NCBI RefSeq assembly: GCF_004010195.1
Contig: NC_057718.1
Coordinates: 23,073,533-23,135,340, forward strand
From: Chiloscyllium plagiosum
Lineage: Eukaryota
DNA: 61,808 bases
Direction: 5' to 3'
Of this stretch, positions 48,694-59,914 are shown in pieces. The number at the start of each line of letters is the position of its first letter. Positions within the stretch are counted from its first letter, which is position 1. Under the pieces are notes generated by a model that saw nothing but the letters and a program-made list of their open reading frames with translations, was not told the origin of the DNA and ran no database searches. Both the position numbers and the translations under genes were made by a program.

Positions 48694-49900
48694 CTTCTTC
48701 GTTTTTAAATCTATTTTGAGGCACCTCAAAATCCACATCATCTGGATTTGATTTCTCACTCTGTGGTGCAGTAACTAACACTTGTTTCTCCAGTTCTTTC
48801 TGTCTAGTATAATATTGTTTCAGCATGTTCACATGACAAACCTGATGCCTTTTTTTTCTATCTGGCATCTCTACTAAATAGTTCACCTGACTCAACTTTT
48901 TCTCAATTTGATAGGGACCACTAAACCTGGCTTTGAAGGGATCTCCTATCACTGGTAATAGTACTAACACATCATCCCCTCGGGAAAGTGTCTGAGTCTC
49001 AGAGATTTTATCTGCCACCTGCTTCATTCAATACCGTGCCCTCTTTAGATGCTGGTTCGCTAACTCACCTACTCTATTTAACCTCTCCCTCACCTCTGAG
49101 ACATAAGTGAGCTCTCCGACTTTGGTCCCGTTAATCTTTCTTCAATTAATTTCAATGGGTCTCTCACTTCATAACCAAATATTAACTCAAAGGGAGTAAG
49201 CTGAGGAGTTTCATTTGGGGCATCTCTAATGGCAAGCAATACGAATGGGATACCTTTATCGGTAATCCTGACCGTATACTCTCAACATGATCTTCAAGGC
49301 CTGATGCCACCTTTCTAAAGCTCCCTGGGATTCAGGATGATACACACTGGATTTAAAGTGCTGTATTCCTAAGCTATCCATAACCTCCTTCAACAGCCTC
49401 GTGGTAAAATTTGACCCTTGGTCTGACTGAATCTCTCTGGGTAGCCCATACCATGTACAGAACGCTACTAACTCCTCTACTACCCTTTTTGCCTTGATAC
49501 TCCATAATGGAATTGCCTCCAGAAATCTGGTAGACACACCCATTCTGGTTACCAAGTACCGGTTCCCACTTTTAGTTCTCAGGAGGGGGCCTACATAATC
49601 AATTATAACCTGTGTAAAAGGTTCTTTAAATGTGGGAATTGGCTACAATTGTGCTGGTTTTATTACCGCCTGAGGCTTACCTACGATTTGGCATGTATTA
49701 CACGTATGGCAAAAGTTAACCACATCATTGTGCATTCCAGGCCAATAAAAATGTTTTTGTACCTGAGCCTGAGTCTTTCGTACCCTTAGGTGACCTCCTA
49801 CAGGTAGTTCATGTTCTACGTGTAACACTTCCCTGTCTGTATGTTACCGGCAACACAATCTGGTGCACATCAGCCCATTTCTCCTCTGCACTAACCTGCT
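48694..49900 (-). pseudogene. Gypsy integrase (H2C2, DDE core, GPY/F module), disrupted
   Basis: HELPVGGHL...FYWPGM...CHTCNTCQ; IQSDQGSNFT...YHPESQGALERWHQ; FSGPYQI...HVNMLK. Confidence 0.93.
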
Positions 49901-50459
49901 GTGGTCTCTATTTCCATCTAAGGATTCTATCTTTTAGAAAATAACTCTCTGGAATATTCTCTGCCTTCTTTTTTAGAACACGCATCCACATATATATCTT
50001 TTATCATCTTATCTTACTGTTGCAAATCTCTTCGCCTTTCAGGACTAAACACCTCTATCTGACCCTCTGCCTATTCAGGTTTTTCCTGCACCATTACATC
50101 AAACAGCGTACCTGCTAACAGATCCTCAACTCCTTCATCTTTCTCTTTACTTTTTGTTTTATGCTGTGATTTATGATAGTTGGATCTGGTTACCACACAG
50201 TCTGGGAAAATACCAGGATATTTCTGTTTTAACTCCTCAGTTTCTTAGTCTTCCTTGGGCTTCTCCAGAACAAGGGGTGTTTCCCACCTTAGATCATTCC
50301 CAAGAACAGACTGAATTCCTGGAAATGACACACTGCCAATCACTCCCACTGTACCTCCCCGGTCTTGAGTTGGCACTCCAACCTGATCTCACATAGGGGA
50401 ACGCTAAATTTCTGTCCATATATTCCACAAATTACCACTCTCTTGGGTAACAAATCATT

Positions 50460-51135
50460 CATCATCCTTTACGATCAGCAACTAGTTAGATCCTGCATCT
50501 CTCAAAATTATAACTTCTTGTCCTTCTCCCCTGTTCTTTCTGAGTAAACGTTACATACAGAGGCGAATTCTTTGTAGAGATCAGGTACTAACTCCATATC
50601 CAGCCCCTGCCTCGACTGCTCACTCTCCTACAGCTCCTCAGCTCTTCTTGGGGTCTCCTTTACTACCTTCTGTAATGCCACTGGCTTAGCTTCTTTTACC
50701 ACATCTTTTCCCACAGCATCTTTCTTTAACGATCAGCACTGTGACTTTATGTGTCACACCTTCTGGCAGTGAAAACACCTTTCCCCAGTGCCCTTCTGAA
50801 ACCACCAGCACTGTAATGTTTTGTGTCCCACTCCATTACAGTGAAAACACCTGAGGCCTTTCACCTCCTGTCCACTCTCTTGGGTTTATTCAAACTGTGC
50901 TAAAAGTTTACCTAAGCTCTCTACTCTTGGTTTAGTAGTATGGAATCTCCCCTTCTCCCAACTTCCATCCCTCACAGGATGAAATTTTGGCATGTAGCTT
51001 GTCTTATGTACCAACATGTACTCATCTGCTAATTCTGCTGCCCTTCTCACTTCCTGAACCTTCTGTTCCTCCACATGAATTCTTACCATCTCTGGAAGTG
51101 AGTTTTTAAACTCCTCCAGCAGAATAATTCTCTTA
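50460..51135 (-). pseudogene. Gypsy gag C-terminus (SCAN-like capsid, two CCHC knuckles) and protease active-site region
   Basis: IILLEEFKNSLPEMVRIHVEEQKVQEVRRAAELADEY; CFHCNGVGHKTLQC and CFHCQKV*HIKSQC; VIILRDAGS. Confidence 0.85.
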
Positions 51136-51186
51136 GAATTTCAAATGTCCTATCAAAATGACTATGCTTAATTCTTTCAAACTCAA

Positions 51187-51484
51187 CATGCTGGTGGCTT
51201 GGCAGTTCTTTTCCCAACTGATTATTTTTTCCCCGGTCTTATACCTCAGAACATCGGATTGTGTCATTGGCTTTTAAGATTGTCAATATACTCAATTTAA
51301 ACTTGATTGGACTTTGGTATTTTTCAGGGTATAATTTAAAATGATTGGCCTAACGTTTCCAGGCAACCAGCTACTTCAGTAGCTGAAGTACATGTTACAT
51401 TGTGTCTTATTGAGAACACTTGGTGCTGTCACTGTTAGCTTTTAACTCTCTTAAAAAGTACAGTACACCCACATCTTCACAAAA
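51187..51484 (-). repeat. Remnant of the 5' LTR
   Basis: Aligns to about 44006..44364 (GATTGTGTCATTGGCTTTTAAG...CAGGGTATAATTTAAA...GTACAGTACA..ACATCTT). Confidence 0.9.
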
Positions 51485-52904
51485 ATGCACCGATAAAAGA
51501 AAGTCTTTACAATTCTGTTTAATATTTAAAAAGAAGCTCAAAACAAAAGATCTTAACATGATTGATCTGTTCTAAGCAATGGCCAAAGATGTCATGATTT
51601 CTATTATGACAGACTTTGAAGAGATATATTTTCCACACCTACAAACTTTCAAAGAAATGGCCATTAGTTGAAAACACATTCTTTTAATATTGCATTAGGG
51701 CCCGGTGTTGTTTTGAATTGCCTGTATATCAGTGAACCTCCCTTGAGTGAACATCTCCACTCCTGTCTGTATTGATCGGAACAACAGCTGGCCCTTCCGA
51801 GAATTCGCAAGTGATGTCCAGGAAACAACCAGTGCTTGCTCAGCTTTTAGCAAATTCAGACTGATGCCAAATGGGCAGATCTGACTGATCTTGGAACAGC
51901 ACTTGTACTCGGAGGCCAGTTTTCTGATTTTTTTTTCAGTAGGAGATCAAACAATTGCCTTTGAAAAGCCTTCAAACATTTGATGTAGATTTTGATCCTG
52001 GAGAATGTAGTATTGTGAATGGTACTGGGAACCCCAGTGCCCTATGCCTCAGAGATATGCTAAGATGACACCAGTTCAGTTTTTCAGGCTTGACTAATTG
52101 CACATAAACAGCCACATATGGAGCAAGACCTTCCAGGACCCCATCATGGTGAGATGTATGGATGGTGGGTGGATGGATTAACCATTAGAGAGAGGTAAAA
52201 CCATCAGATTCTCACTATCAAGATAAACGCCAGTGATTTAAGGTGTTCCCCTTCAAGTAGTTAGTTGAATATATCACCTCACTAATAGCACAAATGGCTG
52301 GAATTAGCTTTGGATTTGCGATCAAATTCCACCCAATCCAGAAATTTGACAGCAAAAGAGTAGACATGTATCTAGAAAGTTGCAATTGTTCATTCACCTG
52401 TAGTGATACAGCTTTAAATGATTTTTCTTTGAAATTCAAAAATAAATTTTATTTATAACAATCATTTATAGGTACATACAAAGGTTTTTAATCATATCAT
52501 TACAGTCTTTGCAGAGAAAAAACAAAACCATGGAATTTAGACATTTCTCACAGTTCCTTTTTCATTGTAAAAAGCAAAGACGTGTTCGACTTGTGCAGTT
52601 TTAAATGATACTCCGAGTGACTTGTCCTGTTATTCACCAAGTACAGAGGGATGTATCCAAGGGACCAGGCGCTCTGTCTCCCTGGGTCACCTCCACATTC
52701 CCCTGACAGGACAGTCAGTGTAGTGGGGGGAGGGGGAGGGGAGAGTCTGCTTCAGTCATGTTGGAGGTTTGGGGGAAGGGTTTGCTCCTGTCAGTGTGGG
52801 GGAGTGGGAGGAATATGTGCTCCGGTCAAGATTGGGGTGAGGGGTGAGAGTACAAAGTACTCTAGTTGCCGGGGTGGAGGGGGCAGTTTGGGGAGAATGT
52901 GCTC

Positions 52905-53283
52905 NNNNNNNNNNNNNNNNNNNNNNNNNNNNNNNNNNNNNNNNNNNNNNNNNNNNNNNNNNNNNNNNNNNNNNNNNNNNNNNNNNNNNNNNNNNNNNNN
53001 NNNNNNNNNNNNNNNNNNNNNNNNNNNNNNNNNNNNNNNNNNNNNNNNNNNNNNNNNNNNNNNNNNNNNNNNNNNNNNNNNNNNNNNNNNNNNNNNNNNN
53101 NNNNNNNNNNNNNNNNNNNNNNNNNNNNNNNNNNNNNNNNNNNNNNNNNNNNNNNNNNNNNNNNNNNNNNNNNNNNNNNNNNNNNNNNNNNNNNNNNNNN
53201 NNNNNNNNNNNNNNNNNNNNNNNNNNNNNNNNNNNNNNNNNNNNNNNNNNNNNNNNNNNNNNNNNNNNNNNNNNNNNNNNNNN
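52905..53283. other. Assembly gap within a G-rich tandem repeat (other gaps: 1781..2192, 56264..56419, 57565..57600)
   Basis: N runs; the flanks repeat GTGCTCC.GTCAGTG.GGGGAG. Confidence 0.95.
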
Positions 53284-53512
53284 GTAGAGAGTCAGGAAGA
53301 GTGTGCTCCAGTCAGTGGGGGAGGGGGAGTGGGGGACAGTGTACTTCAGTCAACGGGGGGTTGCTGAGCAGGTCCAGTAATCCTCTGAATGGCAGAGCCT
53401 TTGAAGTTTCAATGTGGAAGTGATGTGTAATTTGTGTCTCTCAACTGAAGAGAACTAGCGTATCCTTCAAGATGCCATTGTCTGTACTGGTCGAAGGTGC
53501 CGGTTAATGCCT

Positions 53513-53640
53513 TAGAATCATAGCATCCCTACAGTGTGGATGCAGGCTGTTTGGCCTGTCGAGTTGACACTGATCCTCCAAAGCGCATCCCACCCGACGC
53601 CTCCCACCTACCCTGTCACTGTAACCCTGCATTTCCAAAT
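53513..53640 (-). mobile_element. HE1-type SINE 3' fragment
   Basis: TAGAATCATAGCATCCCTACAGTGTGGATGCAGGC matches the starts of 28798 and 42550. Confidence 0.75.
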
Positions 53641-56235
53641 GCACTGTACTTCTGAGCTCACACGGTTTCACTCCCAGAGGTGCTGCTGCTGGAGAGTCTG
53701 TCTATTGATTGTTCATATGGTGGAGGAGAAGAAAGCAAATTAGATGGGTGAGAAAATACAATCCCTCAGGTCCTGAAATGTATGAGTGAGGATCCACTTT
53801 TGAGAACCAGACAGTAACATTCCTAGCTGGTCTTTCCCTTTCCGAGTTCTCCTCTGGTGCAGAGCTGCTTGTGGTTCCCCCCCATCAGCTGGACTGCATT
53901 GTCTTCGGGGGTCGGGGGGGGCGAAGATGCAGAGAGGTCAGGAATCCCTCCATTAGTCTGGGTGCTCTCCTATTACTGTGAACCAGCTTGAGCTGCGATG
54001 AGAGAAAGTGAAGAGCGAAGTGTAATGTGCGATCGAGCACCTGATGAGCACACACGGCCTTGTCAGGTGAGTCAGAAGGAAGTGTGGCGCATGAGAAGCA
54101 GGAGCAGATTACTACCATGAGATGGGTGTGAGTCCTTCAGTGCAGCTCATGCATGTGATGGTGAGAGTGACAGTGCTTCTGGGACTTGGTTGTTCAGTGT
54201 CAGAGTAAGACTGAGTCATGGCCTATGCGGGGAAGGTTGCAGTGAGAAGATGGTGGCACTTACCCTTGGGGGAGTGCAGAAAATGATTCATCTGCTTCCC
54301 TCACTGCGTCCTATTTCTTTTATCTCAGCTAAAGGCATGGTATCATGTGTGGCACCTGCCCAGCCTCCCTCCAGCAAATGATGTTTTGGTGGAACCTCCA
54401 TCAATTATCTTAAAGGAACATTGCATAGGCTGCTGAAATGTGAGGAGCTGAACTTCAGTCACCGTACAGTTTCCTGGAATGGGCCAATAACAGATGTTGG
54501 GCCACTCATCAGCACTTATTCAAGAGATCAAAAATCCAGTTGCAGGTTGACCTGCCCAAGTGGCATCCACAGCGATCAAACCAATTGACTTTGTTTCCAG
54601 TTTCTGCTCTTTCTTGGGATGTTTGTTCCTACTTCTGTCCTATCTCTTATACCTGTGTCTCCCTATTTCCAACTGGAACATTTGTATAATAAGGGTCAAC
54701 TCCACCTCAGTTGAACCTGGTATCATTAACAAAAGTATTTTATTCACTTAGATCAGGAAGTCAGAATATAATTCTCATAGTTTCACCTTAAACTTATATG
54801 AAAGATTATGTGAAATGGGTTATAAGCTTCAAAAATAATCCCAGTGAGATAAGAGTTTTAACATTATTTTATGTCAATTATCAAAAGAACTGCTTGATCA
54901 ACAGTCAGTTGCAGCCACAGAGTAATTGAATATTATAGGTGTTTCTCAGTTATGACTGAATGATAATGATAAATCAGAAGTCCAATTTTAACAATAATGA
55001 ATACAATGGGGCATGGAGGAGGCTGTGTGACTGGTTTGTTGATATGAATCTAACTGTTCGTTTTGGTTCACAATTTGCCACTACTTGAGTGAATCTTGCA
55101 TTTGGCCCCAAATATATTTTGGAACTTGCCATGTTCTTTCAGCTCAGTAAACCCATTATACCGAGGCACCTTGGACACAAAGTACAAGTGCATCTAAATC
55201 GTAAGCAATATCACATTGAGCTGATTGCATGTTTACAATGGACTTTGCAGGGAGGGCGCTGACAATTAAGGGAATGCTAGACAAACATTTGGCAAGCAAT
55301 TAAGGAATCTCAACAGTAATCTGTGCATTCGGTTTTGTAGCCTAGTAAAATGGACTGACTGGCCTGTACTGATCCTATGAAAGATACTTCTTTAAAAATC
55401 TCAAATCTTCTTATAAAACTCAAGACAACTTCAACTGAAATGATTCAGAAACTTCTGTTTTTATAAGGCAGTAAATAACTATGGTTTTTCTTCCTTACGA
55501 CATGTTTCTAGCAGCATGTTTAGTTGAACTTATTTTCCTTTATCCTGCTGTTACTTGCTTTGCACTTCCAGTGGCTTCAATACATCACACAAGAGTCCAT
55601 TATTTTTGCCTGGGTCTTTGCTATGAGTGTCACAGCTACCTATTCCACTGCATAAGATGTAAAGCCAAGCTTGATCTGCTGTTTATCCAACATCTGAATT
55701 TGTGTGCTTTCAGAAAATATGGCTGGACAGCAAACCACAAGTCAACCCTTCTCAAGTCACAGATTCAAAGAGATGTACAACACAGAAACAGACCCTTCAG
55801 TCCAGCTCATCCACACTGATCGCATATCTTAAATATATCTAGTCCCAGTTGCCAGCATTTGGCCCATATCCCTCTAAACCCTTCCTATTTTTCATATACC
55901 TATCCAGATGCCTTTTAAATACTGTAGCTGTACCAGCCTCCACATTTCTTCCGGTAGCTCATTCTGTACATGCATCACCTTCTGCGTGAAAATGTTGCCC
56001 CTTAGGTCTCTTTTATATCATTCCCCTCTCATTTCAAATCTTTGCCCTCTACTTTTGGACTCTCCCACCTGGTAAAAAGACCTTGACTATTCATCTATCC
56101 ATGCTCCTCATAATTTTGTAAAACTCTATAATGTCACCCCACAGCCTCTGACACTCCAGAAAAAGTAGCCCCAGCCTATTCAGCCTCTCCTATAGCTCAA
56201 CTTTCTAAAGCCAGCAACACCCTTGTAAATCTTTT

Positions 56236-57080
56236 GTTTTCAGACTGGAGGCCTGTGACCAGTNNNNNNNNNNNNNNNNNNNNNNNNNNNNNNNNNNNNN
56301 NNNNNNNNNNNNNNNNNNNNNNNNNNNNNNNNNNNNNNNNNNNNNNNNNNNNNNNNNNNNNNNNNNNNNNNNNNNNNNNNNNNNNNNNNNNNNNNNNNNN
56401 NNNNNNNNNNNNNNNNNNNGATAGGATAGTGAAGAAGGCGTTTGGTATGCTTTCGTTTATTGGTCAGAGTATTGAGTACAGGAGTTGGGAGGTCATGTTG
56501 CAGCTGTACAGGACATTTGTTAGGTTACTGTTGGAATATTGCATGCAATTCTGGTCTCCTTCCTATCGGGAAGATGTTGTGAAACTTGAAAGGGTTCAGA
56601 AAAGATTTACAAGGATGTTGCCAGGGTTGGAGGATCTGAGCTATAGGGAGAGGCTGAACAGGCTGGGGCTGTTTTCCCTGGAGTGTCGGAGGCTGAGGGG
56701 TGACCTTATAGAGGTTTACAAAATTATGAGAGGCATGGATAGGATAAATAGACAAAGTCTTTTCCTTGGGGTCGGGGAGTCCAGAACTAGAGGGCATAGA
56801 TTTAGGGTGAGAGGGGAAAGATATAAAAGACACCTAAGGAGCAACTTTTTCACGCAGAGGGTGGTACGTGTATAGAATGAGCTGCCAGAAGATGTGGTGG
56901 AGGCTGGTATAATTGCAACATTTAAGAGGCATTTGGATGGGTATACAAACAGGAAGGGTTTGGAGGGGTATGGGCTCGGTGCTGGCAGGTGGAACTAGAT
57001 TGGGTTGGGATATCTGGGTCGGCATGGATGGGTTGGACCGAAGGGTCTGTTTCCATGCTGTACATCTCTATGCCTCTATG
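56236..57080 (+). mobile_element. Young 5'-truncated CR1 (HER1-like), contains a gap
   Basis: FSDWRPVTS...AFGMLSFIGQSIEYRSWEVMLQLYRT...FFTQRVVRV; CTCTATG tail. Confidence 0.95.
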
Positions 57081-57174
57081 AACCCTTTCAAGTTTAACAA
57101 CATTTTCCTATAGAAGGGAGACTAGAATTAAATGCAGTATTCCAAAAGTGGCTTAACTAATGTCCTGTACAACT

Positions 57175-57485
57175 TTGTGGGTGGCACGGTGGCACAGTGG
57201 TTAGCACTGCTGCCTCACAGCGCCAGAGACCCGGGTTCAATTCCCGCCTCAGGCGACTGACTGTGTGGAGTTTGCACGTTCTCCCCGTGTCTGCGTGGGT
57301 TTCCTCCGGGTGCTCCGGTTTCCTCCCACAGTCCAAAAATGTGCAGGGGTCAGGTGAATTGGCCATGCTAAAGGGGTAAATGTATGGGTGGGTTGCGCTT
57401 CGGCGGGGCGGTGTGGACTTGTTGGGCCGAAGGGCCTGTTTCCACACTGTAAGTAATCTAATCTAATCTAATCTAATCTAATCTA
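57175..57485 (+). mobile_element. Full-length HE1-type V-SINE with (AATCT)n tail
   Basis: A box TGGCACAGTGG, B box GGTTCAATTCC, V-domain, and 3' end GGGCCGAAGGGCCTGTTTCCACACTGT shared with CR1; possible AACT TSD. Confidence 0.95.
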
Positions 57486-58524
57486 AACTACAACGTGACT
57501 TACCAATTCATATACTCAATGCGTTGACCAATAAAGACAAGCATACTAAATGCCTTCTTCACTANNNNNNNNNNNNNNNNNNNNNNNNNNNNNNNNNNNN
57601 ATTAAGTGTATAGTCCTGCCATGATTTGCCTTTCCAAAATGCAGTACCTCACATTTATTTAAATTAAACTTCATCAATTATACAAACTGGGATCAGTTAA
57701 CTCAGCCCAGAATGAGGAATGAGATGTCTTTAATCTGTGCAGTTGTCACAGGAATTGTACAGTTAAAAGCCTGAAGTAATTTTGAGGATAGAGATGAGTA
57801 AAGGGTTGAAACAATTAACTCTTTTTTTGTTTGGTAGCAGCCAAATGTGGCAGTGTAAAAATAAGAATGAAGGTTTAATGCAAGTCTTCCTGATTAATGA
57901 GCAACTACTTCTCAAGTAAAGAATGAAATTGACATCAACTGTTTTTAACAAGCTTCCCTTGTCATGATATTTAATGCTAGTGACATCCGAAAGAAAAGAA
58001 TTGTTCGAGCAACAATTACCAGGAGGATAGCATCCATGGCATCTCATGAACCTTGATCTGATACAGATCAGCTCTGACATCTCCAAGGCACTGCAATATT
58101 TGCTCTACAGAAATCCTCTATTGTAAACACAGCTAACAAAGTTTGATAAATGACACCTCAGAAGAGGAATGAACTGAAACAAATCAAAATTAAAATTTCA
58201 AAATACTGATGTCACTCATTGCTGTTGTAGAATTAGCTTCCGTCAAATAATGTGACTTGCATTTATAAAGACCTGCTCCAAAACTGCGAGTTTCTAAAGT
58301 CAAGTTGTCACCAGACTTCAAGATCCATACAACGTTTAAGGGGTAGATATACATTACTGTCACGAAATATTTCGAATGGACTGCAGGTCACTGGGTTGCT
58401 AGAGAATGTTTAAATCAGTGAAAGTATCCAGCCTGTAAAAGGGAAGTCATCTTCGTCTCTGGATTTGACTTTCATCATCTGTTGTATCAACTGACAATGA
58501 CACACACACAAAGTTCTTGCCCAA

Positions 58525-59320
58525 CAACAATAACAAATATGTGCATAGCGCCTTTAACGTAAAGCTTCGCATGGGCATTATAAAACAAACATGATCCTGA
58601 GCCACAGAGGCAATATTTAGCTCAGATGACTACAGGCCTGTTAAAAGAAATAGATTTTAAGGAGTGAAGGTGCTCTTAGGGGATTTCAAAGCTCAGGACC
58701 AAGGCAAACTTTATAGAGGCTTATAAAATCATGAGGGGTGTAGATAAGGTGAATCGTCTTTTTTCCTAGGGCAGGGAAATTCAAAACAAGTGTCCATATT
58801 TTTAAGGTGGACGGCAAAAGTTTTAAGAAGGACATGGGGGCAATGTTTTAAAACAGAGATTGGTTCATGTGTGTAATGAACTGCCAAACAAAGTGGTGGA
58901 TGCAGATACAGTAACAACATATAAGAGACATCTGGATAAGTACATGAAGAAGAAAGGCTTAGAGGGATATGGGCCAAATGCAGGCAGGTGAGACTCGTTT
59001 AGTTTGGGAACATGGTCAACGTGGACTGGTTGGATCAAAGGATCTGCTGTTTTCATGCTGTATGACTCTCTGCCTCTGACACTTTAATGTTCGCCATTGG
59101 TGGATTATTTGAAATTGCTATGTCTCAAGAGCTCAGAATGAGAGGAGCAAAGAAATCTTTGAGGGCTATTAGTCTGCAAGAGATTACATTAAAGAGGTTT
59201 AGAAACAAGGATAAGAATTTCAATATCAAGATGCACCTTGATCCGAAGCCAATGTAAGTTGGTGAGCAGAGGGATGATAGGGAAATGGGATTTGGTGCAT
59301 TTTAAAACATAGGCAGAAGG
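58525..59320 (-). mobile_element. L2 LINE 3' region interrupted by a CR1 fragment
   Basis: ATAGCGCCTTTAACGT...TGAGCCAC is colinear with the L2 end at 17575. Confidence 0.6.
58712..59072 (+). mobile_element. CR1 3' fragment
   Basis: ATAGAGGCTTATAAAATCATGAGGGG...TTTCATGCTGTATGACTCT. Confidence 0.9.
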
Positions 59321-59324
59321 TATC

Positions 59325-59914
59325 TGTTATGATGCTGCCCCTTTAACGAGGTTATTTTGTCCTTGGGTTTTTTTAAAGAAAGGTTATAAGGGCAGAGGTG
59401 CTGAAATATCTGGGAAAGTGCCTGGTTTGACAATGCAAAGGAATAGCCAGTTCTCCCAAATCAGGTTTTTTCTAATTTGGTTTAGCTGTAACAGAGAAGT
59501 TGCTAGTAGCAGGCGGTGAGAAGCTACTTCAGTGCAAACAAATTGCATGTTTTAGCAGATGATTCTTGATTGGCTTCTCTCGCTCAAATCTCTCCTGCCT
59601 ATAAGAATCTGTGTTCGAATTTACCTTTTGCCAAAGGATGTGTTCATGGGCTGTTAATGGGAATTGGAACAGCTCCTTAGTTAAATTACGTTATCAAGTT
59701 GGTTGAAATTTAAATAAAGTTGCTCTAAATTGTGTTTTGTTTTGTTCATATTTCAACTGTGGTGTTTAAATAAGTTTTGCTTAAAACCAAATGGTTTGAC
59801 CAGCTGCGTCAATCCTGGGATATCAACTTCACATTTGCCTTTAAAATAAGAAAAAGTTAGGGTCTCGGCTACCTTCTTGAAATATTTTGAGGGGGTTTGG
59901 CAATGTCCCTGACA
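59325..59914 (+). mobile_element. Solo LTR, 590 bp, 5-bp TSD GTATC
   Basis: TGTTA...TGACA termini; GTATC at 59320..59324 and 59915..59919; AATAAA near 59713. Confidence 0.85.

Larger units (their letters stand above)
43631..51484 (-). mobile_element. Gmr1-type Ty3/Gypsy LTR retrotransposon, decayed, 4-bp TSD ATGC
   Basis: Minus-strand order gag-PR-INT-RT-RH; homologous LTR sequence at both ends; ATGC at 43627..43630 and 51485..51488. Confidence 0.9.
55755..57672 (-). mobile_element. CR1 3' portion interrupted by a + strand CR1 and an HE1 SINE
   Basis: Minus-strand CR1 sequence stops at CCTTGTAAATCTTT (about 56234) and resumes at TGAACCCTTTCAAGTTT (about 57079), then again after 57485. Confidence 0.85.

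Noticed and set aside
51935..52070. 41-codon open frame after a polypyrimidine AG
   Set aside because: No homology recognised and no supporting neighbouring exons.
52651..53423. Three long ORFs
   Set aside because: They span an N gap and G-rich repeats.
55143..55200. Plus-strand exon candidate (TTCTTTCAG...GTAAGC; LSKPIIPRHLGHKVQVHLN)
   Set aside because: Isolated, unrecognised peptide; such site pairs are expected by chance in 60 kb.
57180..57255. tRNA gene suggested by A/B boxes
   Set aside because: It is the head of an HE1 SINE, continuing into the V-domain and tail.
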